Shown: piece by piece, positions 20,368 through 29,607 of the stretch | How positions within the stretch are numbered: position 1 is the stretch's first letter | Layout: the number at the start of each line of letters is the position of its first letter | Assembly (NCBI GenBank): GCA_049840735.1 | Contig: JASGJN010000020.1 | Span: 480,001 to 544,000 of the forward strand | Source: Anaeromyxobacter sp. | GTDB taxonomy: Bacteria > Myxococcota > Myxococcia > Myxococcales > Anaeromyxobacteraceae | Direction: 5' to 3' | DNA length: 64,000 bases | The notes under the pieces: generated by a model | Database searches by the model: none | Seen by the model: only the letters and a program-made list of their open reading frames with translations | What the model was told of the DNA's origin: nothing | Position numbers and translations under genes: made by a program

Positions 20368-23300
20368 ATGACCTCCCCCTCCCCGCTCCACCTGGGCCAG
20401 ACCCCGCTCGCGCCGCCGCCCGGACCGGTGACGGGGCGGCTGACCGACGCCTTCGGGGAGCGCTGCTACGTGATCGAGAACGCCCAGGCGCTGCCACCGT
20501 TCCTGGTGAGCGTGGTGAGCGACGCCGATCACTGGCTCTTCGCGGCCAGCCACGGGCCGCTCTCGGCCGGCCGGCGCAGCCCCGCCACCGCCCTCTTCCC
20601 CTACGTCACCGAGGACCGGATCCACGACAGCGCCGGCCTGACCGGCCCGGTGGCCGCGCTCCGGGTCACGCGCGACGGCCGGACCCAGCTCTGGCGGCCG
20701 CTGCGCGCCGACGACGGCCTCGCCTACCGCGTGGTCCGCCGGCTCTACAAGAACGTGCTGGGCAACCGGCTGGTCTACGAGGAGGAGAACCTCGACCTGG
20801 GGCTGGTCTACCGCACCGGCTGGCAGACCAGCGCGCGCTTCGGGTTCGTGCGCGAGTGCGAGCTCCTGAACCGCGGCGGCCCCGCCGAGGTGGCGCTCCT
20901 GGACGGCCTGGTCAACCTCCTCCCGGCCGACGTGGACGACGCGCTCCAGGGCAGCCTCTCGGTGCTGGTGGACGCGTACAAGCGCAACGAGCAGGTGGCC
21001 GGGACCCCGCTGGCGCTCTATACGCTGGCGGCGCAGGTGGTGGACCGGGCCGAGCCCCGCGAGTCGCTGCACGCCACCACGGTCTGGAGCCACGGACTGC
21101 CGGCGGCGCGGATCCACCTGGAGGCCGAGGCGCTGCCCCGCTTCGAGCGCGGCCTGGCGCCGGCGCCGCAGGACGAGGTGCGCGGCCGGCGCGGGGCCTA
21201 CCTGGCGGAGGCGCAGCTGGCGCTCCCGGCCGGCGCCGGGGCCCGCTGGCTGATGGTGGCGGACGTGGCGCGGCCGCAGCACGCGGTGGCGGCGCTGGCC
21301 GATCAGCTGCGCGATGCGGCCGGCGCGGCCGAAGCGGTGCGGGCCGACGTCCGGCGCGGGAGCGAGCGGCTGCTGCGCATCGTGGCCTCCACCGACGGGC
21401 TGCAGCGCACCGCCGACGAGCTGGCCACCGCGCACCACACCGCCAACGTGCTCTTCAACGACCTGCGCGGCGGCGTCCCGGCCGCCGGCGGCGAGCTGCC
21501 CGGGCGCGATTTGGAGGCCCACGTCGCGCGGATGAGCGGCGCCGTCGCGCGCCGCCACGCCTTCTTCCTCGCCACCCTGCCCGACCTGGCCCCGCGGGCC
21601 GAGGTGCTGGAGCAGGTGGAGGCGCTGGGCGATCCGGACCTGCTGCGGCTCGTCCTCGAGTACCTGCCGCTCACCTTCAGCCGCCGCCACGGCGACCCCA
21701 GCCGCCCCTGGAACCGCTTCGACATCCACGTCCGCGACGCCGCCGGGCGCGAACGGCTGCACTACCAGGGGAACTGGCGCGACATCTTCCAGAACTGGGA
21801 GGCGCTGGCCCTCTCCTGGCCGGCGCTGGCCGAGGGGTTCGTGGCCCGCTTCGTGAACGCCTCCACCGCCGACGGCCACAACCCGTACCGGATCTCCAAG
21901 GACGGGATCGACTGGGAGACGCCGGATCCCGACCACCCCTGGGCCACCATCGGCTACTGGGGCGACCACCAGCTCATCTACCTGCTGCGGCTCCTGCAGG
22001 TGTCCCTGCGCCACCACCCCGAGCGGCTGCGCGCGCTGCTGGGGCGGAGCCTCTTCACCTACGCCGACGTGCCCTACGAGCTCGTCCCCTGGGACGAGAT
22101 TCTGCGCGACCCGCGCGCCACCATCCGCTTCGACGCGCCCAAGCACGCCCGGCTCGCGGCGCGCGCCCGCACCGAGGGCGCCGACGCGCGGCTGCTCCAC
22201 GGGCCGGACGGGCTCCACCGCGTGACGCTGGTGGAGAAGCTGCTGGTGCCGGCGCTGGCCAAGCTCGCCAACCTGGTCCCGGGCGGCGGGATCTGGATGA
22301 ACACCCAGCGCCCGGAGTGGAACGACGCCAACAACGCGCTGGTCGGGCATGGGCTCTCGGTGGTGACGCTCTGCCACCTCGAGGCCTACCTCACCTTCCT
22401 GCCCCAGCTGCTCGCCCCGCTGCGCGGGACCGCCGTGCCGCTCTCCCCGGAGGTGGCCGGCTGGGCCGAGGCCACGCGCGCCGCGCTGGAGGGGCACCTG
22501 GCGCTCCTCTCCGGCGCGCCGGACGACGCCGCCCGCGGCGCGCTGATGGCGGCGCTGGGACGCCCGGCCGGCGCCTACCGCCAGCGGCTCTACCGCCACG
22601 GCCTCTCCGCGCCGGCCCCGGCGCCGGTGGACGAGCTGCTGGCGCTGGTGGCGGTGGCGCTGCGCTTCGTGCGCGACGGCCTCGCGCGCAACCGGCGCGC
22701 CGACGGCCTCTTCCACGCCTACAACCTGCTGGTCCCGCGGGGCGCCTGCGCCTTCGGGATCGAGCCCCTCCCCGAGATGCTCGAGGGGCAGGTGGCCGCG
22801 CTGGGCACCGGGATGGTCGGCCCGGAGGCGGCGCTGGAGGTGCTGGCTGCGCTCCGCCGCAGCGCCCTCTACCGCGAGGATCAGCAGAGCTACACCCTCT
22901 ACCCGGACCGGCAGCTGCCGCGCTTCCTGGAGAAGAACGTGATCCCGGACGCGGAGCTGACCCGCGTCCCCGAGCTGGGGCGGCTGCTCGACTCCGGGGC
23001 CGGCCCCGGCGGCCCCATCCTCCGGCGCGACGCGCAGGGCAAGGTCCGCTTCGAGGCCGGGTTCCACAACGCCGACGCCTGCCGCGCCGCGCTGGAGGCG
23101 CTGCGCGAGGCGGGCCGGGCCGGGCTGGACGCCGCCGGGGTGGAGGCGGTCCTGGCCGCCTACGAGCGGGTCTTCAACCACCGCGCCTTCACCGGCCGCA
23201 GCGGCTCCATGTTCGCCTACGAGGGGCTGGGCTCCATCTACTGGCACATGGTGGCCAAGCTGCTGGTGGCGGTGCAGGAGCAGCTCTTCGCCGCCGCCGA

Positions 23301-23838
23301 CGCGGGCGCGGCGCCGGCGCTGCTGCGCCGCCTGGGCGACGCCTACGAGGCGCTGCGCGCCGGCGTGGGCGGGGCCGGGAAGCCGCCCCAGGTCTACGGC
23401 GCCTTCCCGCTCGACCCCTACTCGCACACGCCGGCCGGCGCCGGCGCGCGCCAGCCGGGCATGACCGGCCAGGTGAAGGAGGAGGTCATCACGCGCCTGG
23501 GCGAGCTGGGCGTCCGGGTGCAGGGCGGCCGGGTCCGCTTCCAGCCGCTGCTCCTGCGCCGGGCCGAGTTCCTGGAGGCCCCGGCCACGCTCGAGACCTT
23601 CGACCTGCGGGGCCAGCGGCTCCGGCTCCCGGTCCCGGCCGGCGCGCTGGCCTTCACCTACTGCCAGGTCCCGGTGATTTACCGCCTCGCCGCCACCCCC
23701 CGCGTCGAGCTCACCGCCGCGGACGGCGCGGCGCGCTCCTTCCCCGGCGACACCCTCGACGCCGCCACGTCGGCCGAGCTCTTCGGCCGCACCGGCAGCG
23801 TCCGCCTCCTCACCGTCGACACCCAGCCCGGCCGCTGA
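20368..23838 (+). CDS. GH149-type beta-1,3-glucan phosphorylase
   Basis: 1156 aa, no signal peptide. FSRRHGDPSRPWNRF, YQGNWRDIFQNWEAL, GIWMNTQRPEWNDANNAL, FTGRSG..FAYEGLGSIYWHM and DPYSHTP..QPGMTGQVKE motifs recalled from GH149. Beta-glucan context. Confidence 0.75.
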   Translation: MTSPSPLHLGQTPLAPPPGPVTGRLTDAFGERCYVIENAQALPPFLVSVVSDADHWLFAASHGPLSAGRRSPATALFPYVTEDRIHDSAGLTGPVAALRVTRDGRTQLWRPLRADDGLAYRVVRRLYKNVLGNRLVYEEENLDLGLVYRTGWQTSARFGFVRECELLNRGGPAEVALLDGLVNLLPADVDDALQGSLSVLVDAYKRNEQVAGTPLALYTLAAQVVDRAEPRESLHATTVWSHGLPAARIHLEAEALPRFERGLAPAPQDEVRGRRGAYLAEAQLALPAGAGARWLMVADVARPQHAVAALADQLRDAAGAAEAVRADVRRGSERLLRIVASTDGLQRTADELATAHHTANVLFNDLRGGVPAAGGELPGRDLEAHVARMSGAVARRHAFFLATLPDLAPRAEVLEQVEALGDPDLLRLVLEYLPLTFSRRHGDPSRPWNRFDIHVRDAAGRERLHYQGNWRDIFQNWEALALSWPALAEGFVARFVNASTADGHNPYRISKDGIDWETPDPDHPWATIGYWGDHQLIYLLRLLQVSLRHHPERLRALLGRSLFTYADVPYELVPWDEILRDPRATIRFDAPKHARLAARARTEGADARLLHGPDGLHRVTLVEKLLVPALAKLANLVPGGGIWMNTQRPEWNDANNALVGHGLSVVTLCHLEAYLTFLPQLLAPLRGTAVPLSPEVAGWAEATRAALEGHLALLSGAPDDAARGALMAALGRPAGAYRQRLYRHGLSAPAPAPVDELLALVAVALRFVRDGLARNRRADGLFHAYNLLVPRGACAFGIEPLPEMLEGQVAALGTGMVGPEAALEVLAALRRSALYREDQQSYTLYPDRQLPRFLEKNVIPDAELTRVPELGRLLDSGAGPGGPILRRDAQGKVRFEAGFHNADACRAALEALREAGRAGLDAAGVEAVLAAYERVFNHRAFTGRSGSMFAYEGLGSIYWHMVAKLLVAVQEQLFAAADAGAAPALLRRLGDAYEALRAGVGGAGKPPQVYGAFPLDPYSHTPAGAGARQPGMTGQVKEEVITRLGELGVRVQGGRVRFQPLLLRRAEFLEAPATLETFDLRGQRLRLPVPAGALAFTYCQVPVIYRLAATPRVELTAADGAARSFPGDTLDAATSAELFGRTGSVRLLTVDTQPGR

Positions 23839-23840
23839 CC

Positions 23841-25235
23841 ATGACCCGCCTGACCTTCCCCCCTGGTTTCGTCTTCGGCGCCGCCACCTCGGCGTTCCAG
23901 ATCGAGGGCGCACCGGCCGCAGACGGCCGCGGCGAGTCGATCTGGGACCGCTTCTGCGCCACCCCCGGCGCCATCGCCGACGGCACCGACGGCCGCGTGG
24001 CCTGCGACCACTACCACCGCTGGCCCGAGGACCTGGCCCTGATGCGCGAGCTGGGGCTGCAGTCCTACCGGTTCTCCATCAGCTGGCCGCGGGTCTTCCC
24101 GGACGGCGCCGGACCGGTCAACGCGCGCGGCCTCGACTTCTACGACCGGCTGGTGGACGCGCTGCTGGCGAACGGCATCGAGCCCTTCGTGACCCTCTAC
24201 CACTGGGACCTGCCGCAGGCCCTCGAGGAGCGGGGCGGCTGGGCCTGGCGCGGCGTGGTGGACCGCTTCGTGGACCTGGCCGACGCGGTGGCGGGCCGGC
24301 TGGGGGACCGCGTCACCCGCTGGGCCACCCACAACGAGCCCTGGTGCGTCTCGCACCTGGGCTACGAGATCGGGGCGCAGGCGCCCGGCCGGAAGGACCC
24401 GGCGGCGGCGCTGGCCGTGGCCCACCACGTGCTGCTCTCGCACGGCCGCGCGGTGCCGGTGATCCGGGCCCGGGCCCCGGGGGCGCAGGTGGGCATCGTG
24501 CTCAACCTGGTGCCGGCCTACCCGGCCTCTCCCAGCGCCGCCGACGCGGAGGCCACCCGCGCCTTCGACGGCTTCTTCAACCGCTGGTACCTCGATCCGC
24601 TCTTCCGCGCGCGTTACCCCGAGGACGCCGTCGCGGACCGGGTCCGGCAGGGTCACCTGCCGGGCCCGGTGCTTCCCTTCGTGGCCGAGGGCGACCTCGA
24701 GGCCATCTCCGCGCCCATCGACTTCCTGGGGGTGAACTACTACAACCGCGGCGTCATCCGCAGCAGCGCCGTCCCGGAGGCGGAGAACCTGCCCCGCACC
24801 CTGCCCCTCCCGCGCCCGGAGGAGCTGACCGACATGGGCTGGGAGGACGTGCCGCACGCGCTGGAGGACCTGCTGGCGCGGCTCTACCGCGAGTATCGCC
24901 CCCGCGCCCTGGTCATCGCCGAGAACGGCTGCGCCTACGCCGACGGGCCCGACGCGGCCGGGCGCGTGGCCGACGCCCGGCGGGTGGAGTTCCTGCGCGG
25001 CCACCTGGCCGCCTGCGCCCGCGCCGCGGCGGCCGGCGTGCCGCTGCGCGCCTTCTACTACTGGTCCCTGCTCGACAACTTCGAGTGGGCCCACGGCTAC
25101 ACCAAGCGGTTCGGCCTCATCCACGTCGACTACGCCACCCAGCAGCGGACCCCCAAGGACAGCGCGCGCTTCTACCGCGAGGTGATCGCGGCGCGCGCGG
25201 TGAACGAAGCCAGCAGCGAGGAGAAGCGCCCATGA
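23841..25235 (+). CDS. bglA: GH1 beta-glucosidase (cytoplasmic)
   Basis: FVFGAATSAFQIEG, THNEPW (acid/base), IAENG (nucleophile) and WSLLDNFEWAHGYTKRFG. Confidence 0.93.
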   Translation: MTRLTFPPGFVFGAATSAFQIEGAPAADGRGESIWDRFCATPGAIADGTDGRVACDHYHRWPEDLALMRELGLQSYRFSISWPRVFPDGAGPVNARGLDFYDRLVDALLANGIEPFVTLYHWDLPQALEERGGWAWRGVVDRFVDLADAVAGRLGDRVTRWATHNEPWCVSHLGYEIGAQAPGRKDPAAALAVAHHVLLSHGRAVPVIRARAPGAQVGIVLNLVPAYPASPSAADAEATRAFDGFFNRWYLDPLFRARYPEDAVADRVRQGHLPGPVLPFVAEGDLEAISAPIDFLGVNYYNRGVIRSSAVPEAENLPRTLPLPRPEELTDMGWEDVPHALEDLLARLYREYRPRALVIAENGCAYADGPDAAGRVADARRVEFLRGHLAACARAAAAGVPLRAFYYWSLLDNFEWAHGYTKRFGLIHVDYATQQRTPKDSARFYREVIAARAVNEASSEEKRP

Positions 25236-28200
25236 CCCGCACCCCGATCCGCGCCGCCCGACCGTGGCGGCCCCTCACCTCCCTCGCCGCCGGCCTGGCC
25301 GCCGCCGCGCTGCTGCTGGGCGCCGCCTCCGCCGCCGCCCAGGGCGCGCCCGCCCCCGGCGCGCCGGCCCGGCTCCCCGCGGTCCAGGTGGTCTCCGACG
25401 CCGGCGGCCAGCGGCTGACGGTGGACGGCAAGGACTTCCTGGTGGTGGGCATGAACTGGGACTACGTGCCCATCGGCCAGAACTACAGCTACAGCCTCTG
25501 GACGCAGCCGGACGAGGTGATCACCGCCGCGCTGGACCGCGAGATGCCGCTGCTGCGGGCCATGGGCGTGAACGCCATCCGCCAGTACGTGGGCATCCCG
25601 CCGCGCTGGGTCCGCTACATCCACGAGCGCTACGGCATCTTCACGGTGCTCAACCACACCGTGGCCCGCTACGGCTACACCATCGACGGCGCCTGGGTGC
25701 CGGAGAACAAGATCGACTACTCCGACCCGAAGCTCCGCCAGGCGGTGAAGGCCGAGGTGCTGGGCTACGTGGACCAGTTCAAGGACACCCCCGGCGTCCT
25801 GATCTGGCTGCTGGGCAACGAGAACAACTACGGCCTTCACTGGAAGTCGAGCGAGATCGAGGCGCTCCCGCTGGAGAAGCGGGACGAGGCCCGCGCCCGC
25901 TACCTCTACTCGCTGATGGGCGAGATCACCCTGGAGATCAAGGCCCGGGACGGCCGCCGCCCGGTGGCCATCGCCAACGGCGACGTGCAGTACATCGACC
26001 TCATCGCCCAGGAGTGCAAGGGGCTCGACATCTTCGGCGCCAACGTCTACCGCGGCGTCTCCGCGCTGGACCTGTTCCAGGTGGTGAAGGACCGCCTCGG
26101 CCTGCCGGTGCTCTTCACCGAGTTCGGCGCCGACGCCTACGACGCCAGGGCCGGGCGCGAGGACGACCTCCCGCAGGCGCGCTACCTGCTCGCGCAGTGG
26201 GAGGAGATCTACGAGCAGTCCGCCGGCAAGGGGCGGGTCGGGAACGCCATCGGCGGCCTCACCTTCCAGTTCAGCGACGGCTGGTGGAAGTACCGCCAGG
26301 AGGTGAACCTCGACCTCCACGACACCAACGCGTCCTGGCCGAACGGCGGCTACCTGTACGACTACGTGAAGGGCAAGAACAACATGAACGAGGAGTGGTG
26401 GGGGCTCTGCGCCAAGGGGCCGCCCGACGCGCAGGGGCTCTACGACCTCTACCCGCGCACCGCCTACTACGTCCTCCAGCAGGCCTACCGGCTCCCGCCC
26501 TACGGCGCGGGCACCAGCCTCGACGCCATCCGCGGCCACTTCGGCGCCATCGACCCCATCACCTACGCGCGCAACTACCGGAACGACAAGGCCGCCGCGG
26601 CGGCCGCCAGCACCGACAAGGTCCGGCTCAAGAACGTGGTGATGAAGTTCGAGACCTACTCCACCGGAGCGCAGGGCGACGTGGTCGCGGCCGACGGCCC
26701 GCCCCGCGGGTTCGACCACATGGAGTCCTTCTTCGCCACCGCCGAGGTGAAGCCCACCGAGCGCGTGGTGGCCGACCTCTCGCTGAACGTGCTGGGCCAC
26801 GTGGCCTCGAACCCCATCGACGAGATCTTCTACGAGCGGCGCGGCAAGCCGGTGACGCTCACCACCCCTGACGGCTCCACCACCATGGACGGCGTGGAGC
26901 GGGTCAAGATTTACGGCGCGAGCGTGGCCTGGGACGACGACTGGTTCCGCCTGGACGGCTTCTACCGCACCGGCCACTACCACTGGCAGGCCGAGGGCGA
27001 CTTCTTCGGCGTCTACCGCGAGGCCAACTACGGCCCCAACCTGGACACCTACAACGCCGACGCGCCGCTGGGCGTCGAGCTCGCCGGCAAGCAGGCGCTG
27101 GAGGGGTTCAAGATCGCCTTCGGCCCGCAGCTGTGGTGGGGCGCCAACCCGGCCATCGTGGGCAAGTACCGGGTGCAGCTGGGCCGCTTCGACGTGTCGC
27201 TGGTCCACCACGAGGACCTGGCCAAGCAGACCTCCTTCACCGCCTCCTCCTCCGTCCCGCTGCCGCCCACCCGCTCCACCAGCGTCTCGGTGGCCACCGA
27301 CCTCGGGCCCATCGCCGTCCGCGCCGGCGCCATCATGGGCGGCTTCAACAAGGTGGGCGACACGTTCCGCACCGACAAGGGCAACCTGGACGAGATCCGC
27401 AACAGCGACACGCTGGGCGGCAAGCTGAAGCTGCAGGTGGAGCGCGGCCGGTACCACTGGTACGCGCAGGGCGCGTACATGGGGCTGGTGGCCGACGGCG
27501 GCCCCACCTCCGAGCTGACCTACACCGGCTGGGCGCTGCGCGACAGCGGCTCCGGCAACCAGGTCAACGCCATGACCGGCGTGAACGTGATCCTGGGCGA
27601 CTGGCAGGTCGCCCCCAACGTCCTGTGGCAGAAGCCGCTGGAGGGACCGACCGGCAACCGCTGGATGCAGGAGAACAACCCGGAGCGCGCCGACGGCAAG
27701 CCGGACCCGTTCGCCGTGCGCGGCAACCGCGAGCTGGTCGGGGGCGAGGTGATCCTGGCCTACGACCCGACCCCCGCCACCTGGCTCTGGGCCTGGGACA
27801 GCGACGCCCGCGAGGACGCCAGGCTGGCCGGGTCGATCTCCTTCATCGGCCGGCACCAGCCGACCTCGATGGACAACGGCACCGGGTACCTCGAGGACGG
27901 CGTCACGCTCATCCCCATCGGCGCGCCGCCGGCGCACGACCTGTGGGAGATCCGGGCGCGCCTCATCTCCGCCGTGAGCCATGACCTGCGCATCGGCGGG
28001 CACGCGTGGGTGGGCACGGCCGAGCCGAACGGCTCCGCCACCCGGCTGGTGCACCGGCAGGGCGCGGACCTGATGGTCGGGTACAAGACCTTCCGGCTCT
28101 CGGCCTACGCCAAGCGCCAGGACTACGGCCCGTACGACTACCACCGCGACTTCAACATGACCTTCCCGCTGCAGCTCATGGGCGACGTGTCGTGGGGCGT

Positions 28201-28357
28201 CGCCATGCCGAACTGGTACGGCCACCTCGACACGCGCTGGGGCGTCCGCGGGACCATCCGCACGCTGGACTGGTACTCCAACCGCGCCGACACCTCGCTC
28301 GCCAGCCCCGACGGCAACGAGTACGAGATCCGCACCTACGTGAACATCGGCCTGTAA
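25232..28357 (+). CDS. Exported clan GH-A glycosidase (GH2-TIM/GH158-like) fused to a long C-terminal beta-rich, putative outer-membrane barrel domain
   Basis: Signal peptide ending ASAAA-Q. GMNWDY, MGVNAIRQY, LLGNENNYG, LFTEFGAD and NEEWWG motifs. About 550 C-terminal residues of amphipathic strands end in YEIRTYVNIGL. Confidence 0.7.
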   Translation: MTRTPIRAARPWRPLTSLAAGLAAAALLLGAASAAAQGAPAPGAPARLPAVQVVSDAGGQRLTVDGKDFLVVGMNWDYVPIGQNYSYSLWTQPDEVITAALDREMPLLRAMGVNAIRQYVGIPPRWVRYIHERYGIFTVLNHTVARYGYTIDGAWVPENKIDYSDPKLRQAVKAEVLGYVDQFKDTPGVLIWLLGNENNYGLHWKSSEIEALPLEKRDEARARYLYSLMGEITLEIKARDGRRPVAIANGDVQYIDLIAQECKGLDIFGANVYRGVSALDLFQVVKDRLGLPVLFTEFGADAYDARAGREDDLPQARYLLAQWEEIYEQSAGKGRVGNAIGGLTFQFSDGWWKYRQEVNLDLHDTNASWPNGGYLYDYVKGKNNMNEEWWGLCAKGPPDAQGLYDLYPRTAYYVLQQAYRLPPYGAGTSLDAIRGHFGAIDPITYARNYRNDKAAAAAASTDKVRLKNVVMKFETYSTGAQGDVVAADGPPRGFDHMESFFATAEVKPTERVVADLSLNVLGHVASNPIDEIFYERRGKPVTLTTPDGSTTMDGVERVKIYGASVAWDDDWFRLDGFYRTGHYHWQAEGDFFGVYREANYGPNLDTYNADAPLGVELAGKQALEGFKIAFGPQLWWGANPAIVGKYRVQLGRFDVSLVHHEDLAKQTSFTASSSVPLPPTRSTSVSVATDLGPIAVRAGAIMGGFNKVGDTFRTDKGNLDEIRNSDTLGGKLKLQVERGRYHWYAQGAYMGLVADGGPTSELTYTGWALRDSGSGNQVNAMTGVNVILGDWQVAPNVLWQKPLEGPTGNRWMQENNPERADGKPDPFAVRGNRELVGGEVILAYDPTPATWLWAWDSDAREDARLAGSISFIGRHQPTSMDNGTGYLEDGVTLIPIGAPPAHDLWEIRARLISAVSHDLRIGGHAWVGTAEPNGSATRLVHRQGADLMVGYKTFRLSAYAKRQDYGPYDYHRDFNMTFPLQLMGDVSWGVAMPNWYGHLDTRWGVRGTIRTLDWYSNRADTSLASPDGNEYEIRTYVNIGL

Positions 28358-28561
28358 CGCCGGCGGCGAGGCTCCCCTCCTCGCGCCCCTGGGGCCGCAG
28401 CGCGTCTTCCCCGGACGCGCTGCGGCCCGCTTTGCGTGGGCGGAGCGTTCGCGCGCGCTGTTCCCGGCCGCCACGCAGGATCGGCCCCGCAGGCTCGCCC
28501 CCGCGGTTCTCGCCCTCCAAGTCTCGCTCCCGCGCGCCCGCAGCCTCGCCTCGCGCTCCGC

Positions 28562-28730
28562 TCCCCCCGCACCCGTCCCCCCGCACCCGTCCCCCCGCAC
28601 CCGTCCCCCCGCACCCGTCCCCCCGCACCCGTCCCCCCGCACCCGTCCCCCCGCACCAATCCCCCCCGCACCCGTCCCCAACGCACCCGTCCCCCCGCAC
28701 CCGTCCCCCCGCACCAATCCCCCCCGCACT
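28562..28730. repeat. Tandem repeat, 14-bp unit TCCCCCCGCACCCG, about 12 copies (some variant)
   Basis: Directly visible periodicity, with variants CCAAT and CCCCAACG. Strongly C-rich on the + strand. Confidence 0.95.
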
Positions 28731-29104
28731 CCGCTCGCCCATCAGCTCCCCCGTCCCGCAGCGCCGCAGGGCGGCCGCGGAGCGAGGACAATCCCGCAGG
28801 CCCGCATAGCAGCCCGACCAGGTACGCGCGCGGCACGCTTCGAGCGCTGCGAGCCGGGCACCCGTCCAAAGGCCGCTGGCCGACCGCCGCATGCGAACAC
28901 GGCGCGGGAGTGGACCACTCGCCGGTCGGCCAGCGGCCTGCGTTGTGCCCGGCGAGCGCAGAGACGGAGTGCGGCCCGCGCGCGGAGCGTCAAGAGCGGC
29001 CGGGCCGAGGACGTCCGAGCGAAGCGGCCGACCGGAGGCGCGGAGGGGCGGCGCCAAGCAACCGCGCCTCCCCACCACCAGCTGGTCCCGAAACCCCCCG
29101 GTCG

Positions 29105-29150
29105 TCCTTCGACTCCGCGCCCGCCAGGCGGGCGCTACGCTCAGGATGAC
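29105..29150. repeat. REP-like palindromic element TCCTTCGACTCC-[GCGCCCGCC-A-GGCGGGCGC]-TACGCTCAGGATGAC
   Basis: Internal perfect 9-bp inverted repeat at 29117-29135. The flanks resemble the widespread CTTCGAC...GCTCAGGATGAC extragenic repeat type. Confidence 0.55.
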
Positions 29151-29172
29151 CGGTGGTCCGAGCACACGGCGG

Positions 29173-29343
29173 TCATCCCGTTCATCCCGTTCATCCCGTT
29201 CATCCCGTTCATCCCGTTCATCCCGTTCATCCCGGTCATCCCGGTCATCCCGGTCATCCCGGTCATCCCGGTCATCCCGGTCATCCCGGTCATCCCGGTC
29301 ATCCCGGTCATCCCGGTCATCCCGGTCATCCCGGTCATCCCGC
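29173..29343. repeat. Tandem repeat, 9-bp unit TCATCCCG(T/G), 19 copies, then degenerate copies to about 29410
   Basis: 6 x TCATCCCGT, 12 x TCATCCCGG, 1 x TCATCCCGC, then TCGTCCCG-type variants. Confidence 0.97.
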
Positions 29344-29607
29344 TCGTCCCGCTCGTCCCGGGTCGTCCCGGTTGTCCCGGACGCCCCGGTCGCCCCGGTC
29401 ATCCGGGTCGGCCTGGGGGGCCCGGTCCCCCCCGGTCGGCCTGCTTGAGTGGGGAGCCCGTGACCTGGTCGGCCGAGACCGCCAGTGGCCACTCCCGGCC
29501 CCCAGGGTTCGTGGCGGCTTCGCCGGCCCGAGCAGAAGAAAGGCCCGCCGGCGCGATTGCGCGGGCGGGCCTCGCGGAGCCGGCTGGCCCCGTTTCTCGA
29601 CGGTCTG

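Noticed and set aside
19317..25235. 1972-aa ORF ending in a GH1 domain
   Set aside because: The first ~1500 aa are an off-frame Arg/Gly/Pro-rich shadow of the ABC ATPase and GH149 genes. The real GH1 starts at 23841.
19969..28729. Long antisense ORFs (1314 aa, 1185 aa and similar ones throughout the window)
   Set aside because: Typical stop-poor antisense frames of high-GC genes, mirroring well-supported sense genes with no recognisable motifs.
28562..29410. CRISPR array
   Set aside because: The repeats are head-to-tail 9- and 14-bp units without unique spacers, and no cas genes are present.
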